Shown piece by piece: positions 1-12,678 of a stretch of DNA of 64,000 bases. Origin of the DNA: Chrysomallon squamiferum (taxonomy: Eukaryota; Animalia; Mollusca); assembly GCA_012295275.1 (NCBI GenBank), contig CM022665.1:24490001-24554000 (forward strand), given 5' to 3'. Within the stretch, counting starts at the first letter, position 1. Every line of letters starts with the position of its first letter. The notes beneath the pieces were generated by a model. It was given only the letters and a program-made list of their open reading frames with translations. It was not told the origin of the DNA and ran no database searches. The translations under genes and the position numbers were made by a program.

Positions 1-709
1 CTTGCAAATAAATATTTATTATTGTTATTATTATATTTTAATCCATTCTTGTATCAAAGAATAAGGTTCATCCTGTACAATTCATACTTCTGTTGACTTA
101 CTTCTGCAAAGATCAAAGTGGCAGATATTCTAAAATTCTGATTTTCCATCTTTTACGTTCATCATAATACACAAATACCAGTCCAAGTTTTGTATTTATT
201 TCATACAATTGAAATTTTATGACCATCTCAGTATTTATCGTTTCAGAGACAGCCAACAAAACAGAACACTCTACAAAACTCTAATTAAAAATTCTACTGC
301 AGCCAGTTTTCATTACTTTCTAAACACATCCACACAATTAGTAGAGGTCTTAGAAAACAAAAAACAAAGAAAAACCAAGGAAATAAAAGGCTGTGATAAT
401 TTTATCTATGGGTTCTTCACAGCAAATACTAAAGCACAGTTAATGCAAATAAACAACATTTAAATTTCTATAACAAAATAGTTTTCTGAAGAAATAACTC
501 CAGTTGATTAAAATTAATAAAAGGACAATCATTCACTTCTGTGTAACTGTACAATTCATATCAAAATCTGAATAAAACTTTAAGATGAAAACTAAACTGG
601 AACTGTCATCAGTGATGAAAAATAACATGGGAATATTCTGTTTTGGATGTCACTGCAATATACAACACAAATTTTGTGTTGTAACAAAAAGACTTTGCTA
701 TTAAGCTTG
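1..709 (-). other. Probable RyR 3' UTR / downstream flank
   Basis: Follows the TGA at 710-712; AATAAA on the minus strand near 195-200 and 15-20; cleavage site unknown. Confidence 0.6.
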
Positions 710-805
710 TCAAGAAACTTCATTTTCATACTGTTTGCGAAAGCATTCTCCCACTGGAATAAAGTTCCAGCATCGTTGTTGATACAACTCCCACACATAA
801 GTTTC
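710..805 (-). CDS. RyR: RyR terminal coding exon
   Basis: [31 protein letters not shown]; TAG acceptor. Confidence 0.95.
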   Translation of the reverse strand, partial: ETYVWELYQQRCWNFIPVGECFRKQYENEVS

Positions 806-1053
806 CTATAAACATTAAAAACAAAAAGAAAAAAAAAAAAAAAAATTTCAAACCTTAACAAAGATTAAGCATATAATATATGTAGGAAAAAAAAATGATA
901 TTTGAAAAACAAAGAAAAACTTATTTTTTAAATGTAAATTAGTTTTAATGAATCTGTTTAATAAATAAGCAGAAAAATAAGTTTAATTTTCTTATACATG
1001 TAAAATGATTTATTTGAAGTATTCCACTTACAATAATAATAACAGAAATAATA

Positions 1054-1084
<31 letters not shown>

Positions 1085-2664
1085 GTAATATTGAAAATGA
1101 AAATGAAAATGGGAAAACAGAATAGAAAAAGAAAGGTAAAACTCACTTGTCCAGTATACTCTGTGTCAGGCTTATTAATTAAGTGCATCAAAAAGAACCT
1201 GAATAATAAAAAATAAAAAATAAAATAAATATTTAGTCTTTAACTTAACATGCTACAGAAAGTACATATGTTTTGCAGTTTTGCCTTATGTTAATTATTG
1301 GGTTTTAAAGTTTATTTTACATCTTTTTTTTTCTTTGTTTGTTTCTTTTAACTGAAATAAACAAAACAATCCTTGACCAACAACATTCTTCAAGAAATAA
1401 AAGACAACAATTGGTTTTTAATATTTTTAAAATTTTGTGGAAACTGCAGTGTCAATAAAATAAATACATGTTTTATTAAAAACAATACTTACATATAGTT
1501 CGCAAAATTATGTTCATTTTGGACATGAGTCTCAAACCCATGCGGCACTTTGTCGAAATATTCTTTTCCAATCCCACAAATGAAACATTTGGACTGAAAT
1601 TACAAGATATTTTATTAATTAACAAAGCTTATAATATTATGACATTCAACTCTTTGAAAACAGTGTTACATACATATCCACTCTTTATTTTTCAAACCGA
1701 ACATATTGAAACCTTCAGTCAAATAAATTAACCAATAACTTCCCATATCTTTATTAAATGGTTATTAATATTTAAATTATTTATCCCTGACATACAAGAA
1801 TAGTGTTATTAATGATGATATGTAAAACGATAAATATTTAACAGGTGAAATATCAATAGTACCTCCATGTCTTCTTTGACTTGTTCTAACTGATCTCTCA
1901 ATTCTCCAAAGGCATCAATAATCAAACCTAAAAATGTTAAATGTTGAAACAAATTTATATCAATGTTAATCATTTTATACATAGTTTAATCTTTGTATTT
2001 CCTACAGAAAACAAAAATAAAATAAAATAAAATAAAATAACTATTTTGATTAGATTATATTTTACAGATAACTAGTTTTCACTTTTATCCAACAAAAAAC
2101 AACAAATAATCTGTAATTAGAGGGAAAAAATTAATTAGTATTTTATGAGTGAATTTGGCTGATACAGTAAAGCAAAAAAAATCTTTATAAATAATAATAA
2201 AAGCTGATGACCTTGTATAATGGCCAGCAGAATAACAATGACAAAGAAGAAGAAGGTGATGTCAAAGAGAATTCGGTACACTTCATATGGATCTCCATCT
2301 GCTGGTTCTATCTCATCACCAATTCCTCCTCCAGCCCTCACACCAGTATGCAGATGATAAACAAAACACTAAAATAATAATAATGAATACAGTTTATATT
2401 TAATTATATTTTGAAGTTACTATATCACTGTAGATTTAATTGTGAACAAAAAAAAAAAAAAAAAAAAAACACAAATTAATATTTTCATTCATATACTGTA
2501 AAAGAATTTCATGCAGACCATTACAATGTGTTTATCAGATTTTATCTTTTTCTTTTTAATTTTAATTTTAATTAAGTAATTAATTAATTAATTTATTTAG
2601 TACCTCCATGACTTTTATAAAATTCCTATAATAATTTTTTCTATTCTTTTATTCTATTGATTTC

Positions 2665-2702
<38 letters not shown>

Positions 2703-2757
2703 TTCCTCCCATAATTATTACATAAATTAATTTTGTGAAACAAATATTCAGTTTACT

Positions 2758-2840
<83 letters not shown>

Positions 2841-5800
2841 TTTACATACTTTTAGACTATCAATAATTAAGCGGTAAAATGTGATATTTTACAAAGAACA
2901 CAAATTAAAAAACTTACTGTCATCATGTCATGGCATTTGTAGTCAACCTGGCCATCTTCCTCCTTTACGTAGAACTTACGGAAGAAGTTGAATGCCACAA
3001 CAGTATAAATATACACCAACACACACAGCAGCATCACAGTCAACACCAGCTGAAATGCCCATGTGTTATAAATTAACATTACATAAATCAAAATCAAAAC
3101 CCTCAATGGGTTTTACTTTCAGTTTGAATAATACAAAATAATAATAAAAAGGTAAATGAAATCCTGGAAATAAATATTTGTAATATGAATTTCATCTTTT
3201 TAAAAACAGTGAAAATACTCTTGTAGCAAGACAAATGAAAACTACATTTATTATCAACACAAGCAAATGAAAACTCTAAATTATGATATGAAAGAAATCT
3301 GAATGAAAATGCATTAAATTTGATCATATCTGAAAATAACAAAAGTTAATTAATAAAAGTTTTTTTTTTAAATTAGAAAAAAGCACAATATAGCAAGTAA
3401 TATATAATAATTAACAATTTTAGGAACTAGGATACTAAAATATTTTTAAAATTTTAAAACATTTAAAAATAATAAAACCCATAAACTCAGTATAGGCATA
3501 AAAACATATATGTATGCTAATTAAAAAAAAATTTAAAATAAATTAAAATAAAAAATAAATTAATAGGACATAGTTCTGCACAAAATGTAATAAGACTAGC
3601 AGTAGTTACCTGTTTTCCATTGTGTGTTACAGACTGCATTATGGTTCTCAGAGTCTTGAAACCAATGGCAACATCAAGCAGGTGGGCAGCGAAGAAGAAA
3701 TAGTTGAAGTTGCCAAAAACGGAGAACAAAAAATACCAAACTATGTATAGGAAGGACTGAAAAAAAGCAAATGGATGAAAATTATATTACAACCATTTAT
3801 TATTAATAAGTTTTCAAATGATATTTTAAAAAATAATGGAAAACATCTCTGATTCATTATAATATAAAAAGATATTCTTCAAAGATTAGGTATAATTGTT
3901 TTGTATTTAATCTCTGAAACTTATGTAAATTAGAAAATACTGACAACCTTAAAACATTAGGAAAACCTTTACCAGTACTATTTTGGTGATACATCAAACA
4001 TTTAGAAAAAGAATATGATTCAAGGTCACACAAGACAAGCTGTTTGCCACTGCATCAACAACTCTGAAGTTTTTTAATATTATCTTTGTATAGGCAGGAT
4101 AAGAAATGGAACTGTTTGTAAAATTTAACACTGAAAAATATGCAAGATAATAAACATACACATGTTTCAAGACTTCACAGTTTTAATTAAATCTATCTTT
4201 CTTTATTTGCCATCATGCAGATTTAATGGACTCGTTAAGAATTCACTTTTATGCTTAACAACACATTCTGATTTGCACTGTCTGTTTTCTGTTGAATTGT
4301 AACACAGAATATCTACTTACATTGTCAGTGAAGATTACTCCCCATTTCCAGATCTGATACTGCAAGTCAATGCTGACCAATCTAGAATCAGAAAAAGAGG
4401 AAAGAATTACTATAAGTTTGTATCTGGATTATCAATTCAACTAAAATTTATTCAGATATATTTATATTTTAAATATTAAACCAACAAAACTGCTGGTAAC
4501 AAAGAATAAAATAAGCATATATGGATGCATGGTAGGTGTCATTTTCGCTTGTTATACCATGATGGAATACAAAAATAAATGAAAATGCCAGATATTCTCA
4601 ATAAGACATATCTGCAATGATTGACCCATGTTTAATTTTTATTTGTGATCACAATAACATTGCGGTGTCACAAACTTCTTATTTTATCATAACACTTTAT
4701 TATTAACAAAGATTGTTGGTTAGCAAGAAACACAATGATTTATAAATAATTAGATCATTTATACACAGCGGCAAAAATACTTCAGTGTTTATAAGTCATA
4801 TGAATATACAATTTTTTAATAGGATTTAAAATAACAGTATGCTGAGACAGATAAACAACACTTACAAAGCTGTAAATCTTGACTTCTGTTCACTGTCTGC
4901 AGTGATAGTATCACCTTTCTCCATGCCTAGCAGATTGCTGATAGCTTCATAATCATACTGTTCTGAGTAGCGAGAACGAACCTTTTTCTTAACAAACTTG
5001 TCCCAGTAACTTTCTGGAAAGGACTGAGTACTCAGCACCAGTTTATCCCAGTGTGCCTTCAGGTCATCATCTCCTGGCTGTTCTGCTATATACAGTCCTT
5101 CAAATTCAAGTTTTCTAGCAATTTCTTTTTCTCGTTTGAAAATTACTAAAGGCACTTTAAGACAGTAGTATCCGACAAGCATGGAGAACGATATCAGTGT
5201 GTGTATCACTGCAAAACATCGCATCACTATCTCCAAATAGGAGAGGTCACCTTCAATTATAACAATCTCTTCAACTTCAGCTTCTTCAGAGTCAGTGGCA
5301 TTTACATTTTCTTCTAAGTTGCCATCTGCATCTGGCATCACCTTGGCAACCTACATGGAACATTTTATATTCAGATTTCATTAAATACTGATACAGTAAC
5401 ATTCCACATTATGTAAATTTTATAAATTTCAAACTGGAGAAAATTAATTCAATGAAGAGAGTAAATTTCTGTTTGATTAGATATGATTAATGAATATTTT
5501 TAAAAGAAATATTTGGTATCCTTCCTAGAAACCCTTTCAGAGATTATTTTCTCAATATTAAGGAAATAGAAAAAAATATATTTCACTATATTTATAAAAT
5601 AAATACTTACCTTGTAGAAAAGGAGAATAAAGTTGATGGCAAATGCCAAAGCCAAAGCCAGGTATTTGAAGTTATAGAAATTTCTTGCAAACAAACTCTG
5701 TAAAACAAACAAACAAATTTTAAAAAAAATTCTTTAAAAAAGAATTTAAAAAAACATATATGCACAAAAACATTTTCTGATGAAGTTATTAAATGGTTTA

Positions 5801-7091
5801 GTTACCAGTATGTATTTTCCATAATCAAAAGAGGGTACTTCTTGTTCTTCTTCTTCAGATTTCTGAACACCTTCTCCAACAGCAGGATCAACAACACTAG
5901 CAGCTCTGTGGAGTAAAATTTTAAAAAATACTGTATATAAAATTATTGAATAATTAAAACTTACATTTAGTTACATTTACAAAATTTAATACAGAAAAAC
6001 ATTTCATGCTCTATGTATAAAATGTATTGAAATTAATAATTTATAAAACTGATTATAAATAAATGCAGATTACATACACTATTCAAATGAGTAGCATATC
6101 TAATATAGATTAAAATGTGAGTTTTGTTTCAGAAAAGATAAAATAACATACACTTTACGATAACTTACATCAACTTGTTCTGTATGAAATAATCATTGTG
6201 ATAACAAATTATATAATTCTAATCACATACAGAAAGATCATGCTGAAGCCATATTACTGGAATATATCATATTTTTCACAAGATAATTATTACAAACTTT
6301 CAAACAATAATTATATCATAAAATAATCTGACAAAGAGTTGTATCCCTCTGTATAGCTTTATTCACATTATATATGAAATCACAATTTTACAAATAAATG
6401 CATCATAATATAATGAAAATTTTACCTGACAAGTTCGGGTGTCTGAATTACAGGTGCTGCCTGCATAGTAGGTGCAGGTGCCTCAGTTTTATACACTATT
6501 TTCTCCTGAACTATCTGTAATATGAAATAATATACTTGAATAAAGTTACAGGCAAAAGTTTCTAAAACTAAGGAATAACAAATTTAAAAACTGCCATTAT
6601 ATCACAGACATTGAAAAAATATGTCTTATTATTTTACAAAGTTAGCAAATATATATATAAAAAACAAAAATGTTTACTAGATTTATCACTTGAAAATTTG
6701 TATCTGTTTTCACTGACTTTAAAGTTTTAGGTTTACTCACACAGACATAACACTGAAGCTGAAATGCTCCACACATTAATAAAATCACACTTTCAAACAA
6801 TACAATAAAAGGTATGCAAATTATTTTTAAACACATTATTTGTATACACACACAGTTTTATGAAAAGGCAAAAAAATAAATAAATAAATAAATAAAACTA
6901 ATTACTTCAGCCAAATAAGCAAGTAAATACCTCAGTAGTCTCTGTTGCGGACTGCCCAATGACTCCATTCAGAGTTGTGTCCCCTGCAACACCATTTGGC
7001 ATATTGCTATCAGCATTTGTTGTTCCAGGTGGAGCAGTGGATAATGGTGGGACAGATTTCTCTCCATTCATCACATTTCTGTTAAAAAGTC

Positions 7092-7140
<49 letters not shown>

Positions 7141-10100
7141 GTAGTAGTAGTAGTAGTAGTACTAGTAGTAGTAGTATTGGTAATATTAGTTGTAATAGTA
7201 ACAGTAGCAATAATAATGGATAAATCACATTTTACTGTTGGTACTGCTGTTTGAATGTTAGTTTTAAAGAAATTGTACTGCTCAGTTTTAAAATATAAAA
7301 CAAAACAATAAATTTATCTCTTTAGATAATATTTATAATCGTAAATGTGTTTTGATTCCTGCTATAGATCACACTTTTATGTATTAATTTCATGTTATTA
7401 AATTACATCACAAGATTATGCACCAAGTATATACATCACTTGTGACTATAATACAGTCAATATAAACACATACTGATTGGTATCCATAGGAGAATCACTA
7501 GGTAATGGTGGCTTCAGATCCCCATTTTCATCAGGCGGGTACAATCCCACTATTGGTGCACCCAGTGCTAATGGACCCACTGGTGCTGGCGGAACTTCCT
7601 CAGCCTTTGTCTCCTCAGCATCCTTATCTCCCATCATCATGTTAATGAGAAACTTCATCAGAGTCCTGTAAAACAAATAATAACATATCACAGCCTTTTT
7701 AAAATCATGCAGGATATACTTCTTGTGAAAGGACAGAGATATTATGAGCATACGTTTTAATTATTCTTAGAAAAGACTCAGTAATATTGTAATGATTAAT
7801 GAAGAATTACTTATAACATACAAATAACAAACAATAAGAAAAAAGAAAGAAAAAACAAACATATAAAAAATGAATAAGGATAAGCTAATTAAATAAAAGA
7901 TAGTTTTATACATGATTAATCTTCCTGGTGATCTTTTTGAAAAGCAGTTCAAGGGTTCAGAACATATCTGCCATATGGCCTAGAAATCAAATGATTTAAA
8001 GTTTCAAAATACATATATTAATAATACCAGTTAAATTATCAGATAAATGTATAACACAATTACCAGAAAATGTGAAAGATGAGAGTCAACAGAAGGAATG
8101 CCATTTTGAACGTGAGTTTGATGGATGCCACAAACAGCTGCCAGTATGTCATGCTTTTCACTGTCTTGTAGGTTTTCTTCAGGTTTGTCCAGGTTAGGAA
8201 GGAAAGTAAGGCAGACAGGTTGTCTTTGATGAACCTGTATGTCAACACAACTGGCTCAAGTACACTGAAATACAAAAAAGATAAAAGTTGTTTTAAAGCA
8301 GCTACAATAGCTATCCCCATACTTTTAAATTTTTAAAGTATACTTGAAAAAGATGAATGTAAGTGTGTTATATTATATACTGAGTCTTAAAATTTTAAAC
8401 TGCATATATAAGAAACCTTACTTAATATAATATGTATAGCCATACCTAAAATGATGATGATGATGATGATGATGATAATAATCATGATCATAATAATAAT
8501 AATAATAATAATAATGTATAATTTCAGTGTGCTTTGTTAGGTCAAAAGAAATTTGAAATTAGATTTTACAAAAAGATGAAGACAGAGAGTCAGATGGATG
8601 GGTTGAAAGAAATAAAGAAAGACCAGCAAAATGCACAGAAAGTTCAGAGATTTTGATGAGTTTGTTTTATGTTGGATTGTGAAAAGGAGTTCAGTTGTAT
8701 CAGTGTTACATGTGTTTGAGTTTTTCTGCTTATTTTATAAGATTAATAGTTTAAAAGATAGGGGAGAAACAAAAACGTTTTTTAAATTCGGTTTCATGTC
8801 TTTTTCTTTCTTTTTTTGAAATTTTTAATCTGAAATGATATAATCAAAATTCCAAAATTAACTTTAAGGTTTATGAAATGTAAAATATAATAATAGTAAT
8901 AATATAATAATGTTGATTAAAAAAAAAAAAAAAAAATTCTGATCTGTAATCATTATTAAATAATTTGGGACATTTGTTTCTGAAAATGATTGATAAAATA
9001 ACAGAGTGGTGTTGTAAATGATCAAAATTATTAGCAATGATATTTGGGGAAAAAAAAGTTATATGTGCAAGCATCAAGGTTTTTAAATTAAGAAAATAGA
9101 AATGAACAGTTATTTGGGGCAGGAGTAACAAAATACTGAATAATATATTCTGTTAAAAGTACTGTTTTATCATTTAATTTGAAATCTCTTTTCAAATTTA
9201 ATATTTAATATTTAAATTTACATGTAATACTTACAATCTTTATATGTTCAGAATAAATTATAAACTAATTCTGACAATCATTTTCATGAATTAATTAATT
9301 AACAGTTAACAAAAACTGGAAACCATCATTAGCACATTTATTGAATTTTTTAACAAGTCATGCTTAAAATCAAGGTGCATTTTCGTGGCTGATTTTCATG
9401 GACTGAAAAGGTAATAAACAAATTCAATAACCTTGTTCCTGGTTCTTTTGGTTTTGTTTGACTGAAATAATATCACAACAGACTACAACATGCTATCAAC
9501 TAAAGATAACACTGAATCTACAACAGAATACATAACATATAATGCTATTTTTGTATATGTAGTTATCTTAAACAATGTATCTGTGCTCACTATTCCAATA
9601 ACAAAGGAAATTAAACTGACAATATGGAAAAGCAAAAAATATAAAAATAATTAATTGCTTTCACTAATAGCATTAGTTAAAAATAGTAGTAATGCTCTAA
9701 CAAGCAGACAAAAAAAATGTTTAAGAATCAAACCAACTACTAATCTGTCTTTTAAAATTCAGTTATAAAAAAAGAACATTTTCATTCACAAATTTTTATA
9801 ACTATTCTATTTAGATGTCTAAACAAGTTCTGCATGCCGATAAAAGATATGAAAGTTTTTTTTATACATTAAAATCCTTTAAGAAATACAAAATTTGTTT
9901 AAGCATTTTATTTCCCTCTTCATTCCAAAATGTTTTCAAGAATATTTTGAAAAATTTGTGTTTATTTTAATAATAAAATTACCATATAAAATGCTAAATA
10001 TATTTTCATAACTGTGGGTGTCGCTATAATTAAATATGTTAGTCAGTAATTTTATTTTATTTTTTAATACATATATTTTTTATTGTCCCAAAACTGTTTT

Positions 10101-12647
10101 ATGATAATGAGCTGGTTGGGGCACTAATTTCATTACCATAATTACAAAGCTTTAAACAAATGTTACATTCTTAATCTAAGAATAATTTCATCAGTATTTT
10201 AACTAATGATCAACTCACCCTCCATCACCACTGAAACCAGCTCCACTTCTCATAGCTGCAATCCTCTGTTCTTCAGCACTTATACTTGTTGCATGTTGCA
10301 TCTGAAATAAAAGTTTATTAAATATTTTTTTATGATGATGAATTAACTGACTGTCTTTTGGTTTCTTATCTGTTTAATATTTCAGTGTATGTAAACAGGC
10401 ATTCTCACTAGTCAGTAGTGTTGTTTTGCTCAACATAAAATTGTTGAAGTTTCAAATTCTGTGACAGTTTACTGTAGAATGTAATACAAAATAAAACAAA
10501 TTTCATTATTTAATGATAAATTTTAAGTAGACACCAATGTTTTTATGATATTTGCTTATTGTTTTACATATTTTGTTACTTAATCTTTATTTTTGTTTTA
10601 AATAATATGCTTATTTATTTATTTATGTTTTCCAATTTCAAACTGACAATACCTCAAAGATTGTGTCCTCACAGAAATTGATAAAACTTTCAAGTTTTTC
10701 CTTGTCTCCTCCTTCATTTACAACACTGTGTAAGAATGATCTCTTTGACTCCTGAACAAAAATGAAAAAATTGTTTTTATTAGTTAGAGAAGACTGTCTT
10801 TGTATAGTTCAGTTTTATTCAGAATGTTTTTTGTAAATTTTATAAACTTATATATTTTTTTATCACTCCTTCATTATTATTATTACTATTTTTACTTTTA
10901 TAGCTTGTGAAAAATTCTTTTGAATTTGATGATGATGATAATGATAATTTCTGGTTTGTATATATCTATTCATTTACTTCTTTAATTTTTGTTCTTCATT
11001 TATATATTTCTTTACATGTCAGACAAGATGTGCAGAAATTTTGGAGAGTATCCTGATATAAAAAAAATTCTTGTTATTCTCATATCTGGCTGATTCATTA
11101 TTACCTAACCCTTTTAAAAATCGTAATTTAGATTACAAACAAACTGATTACCTTAATCTGTGGTTTCTCCCACTGGTCAATGTGAGACTGTTTGATTTCA
11201 AAGTACACTCTTTCTATTCTGTTGGCACTGCCCATGATCTCAATCCTGCCCAGGTATGGCTCAAAGTAAGTCAAAACACTGGCTGCCTTTTCCAGGAGCC
11301 TCTCGAGTCTACAGGTGAGAATTAAGATTCATGTAATAAGAAAGGTAGATCAGAGGTACATTATTTAAATACCTGTATGTATACCACTGTGCTTTTATTT
11401 TTAGTGGACTAAAATTAACATTACTTTATAATTAGCCAAAAATTAAAGAGAGATAAATTTGTTGTTTTAAGAAAACATACATAAATTATGAAACTGAAAT
11501 AACAATGAATTTCTAATATAAATGTTTTCTCCTTAAACACCTATATAAATATTTATTTATTCACTTCATATTCTCATAGCCTCTAGAGAGAAAGAATTAT
11601 ATTTTGACAAAAACTGAAATGATGTTTGTATATATAATTATTACTGAATTCTCAAGAAATAAAGTTTCAAGGTTGTCTGTATCATCAAAAAAAATAAATA
11701 AAAAATAACATTTTGAAAAAGATATTTCTTTTTGCTTTCAAATGAAGAGTGAAAAATCAAAATACACGTAAATTAGTTTAAAACAACAAACCTGGGTTCA
11801 TTTGGCATATGTTCAGACAGATTGGTAAGCAGTACAGCCATAGTGAAACCAATATCCTTAGCTGGATTGTGGAAACGATCTGTGAATTCATGGAAATCTA
11901 CTTTGCCATCATGGTTAGCATCAACACACATCATAATGTATTCTATTTCCTCTCTGCCAAAATACAAAAATAAAAATCATTTATGTATATTATTAGGCAA
12001 TAAGTGTTTTTTAAAGTACATTTTTAAATTTCATGAAAGTACATTTAAAAATATAGAATTTGTTAATAAAAACCTATAAAGTATATGAAAGAGTATGTAA
12101 ATTTAACTGCAAGTAAATAATACTCCCAAAAATTAATTGCAAAAGCTGCATAAAACTTCAAAAAAAAATAAAGAAAGAATAAAAATAAAATAAAACTACA
12201 CTCTAAAGAAATATTTTGCAGTTAATATAGTCTTTGTGAAAGTTTATATGAATATAATTTTATAATCTAGATTATTCGTACACACAAAATGGGTTTATTC
12301 ATATGAATGTGAAAAAAAAAGTATTATTTTATTATTGCATTAATAAAAATGCAAACAACTGATATAACAAAAAATACACTGCAAAAAAGGTTAGTCAGAG
12401 CATGAAATCCAAGGGGAATGATAAGGGGAAAAATCACATTTTGCAGTAAATGTTCATAGTAAAATAAGTTTTGTAACAAAAATCAAAATGGATTCTCTGA
12501 AATAAAATCTTTAAATTATACACATGATAAATGCTCAAAACATTATACACAATAAAATAATTTAAAAACACAAATTAAATCACTCCAGATTTAAAACTAA
12601 AAGACATAAATTTTAAAGTTAGACATTTCATTCCACAGTACCAATTT

Positions 12648-12678
<31 letters not shown>

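Noticed and set aside
209-861. ORFs 209-463 (+) and 592-861 (-)
   Set aside because: The first lies antisense in the 3' flank. The second is an off-frame reading across the true last exon (710-805).
9360-9420. Strong-looking acceptor TTACCTTTTCAG near 9403
   Set aside because: In the required phase it reads CCA TGA at once and no good donor follows
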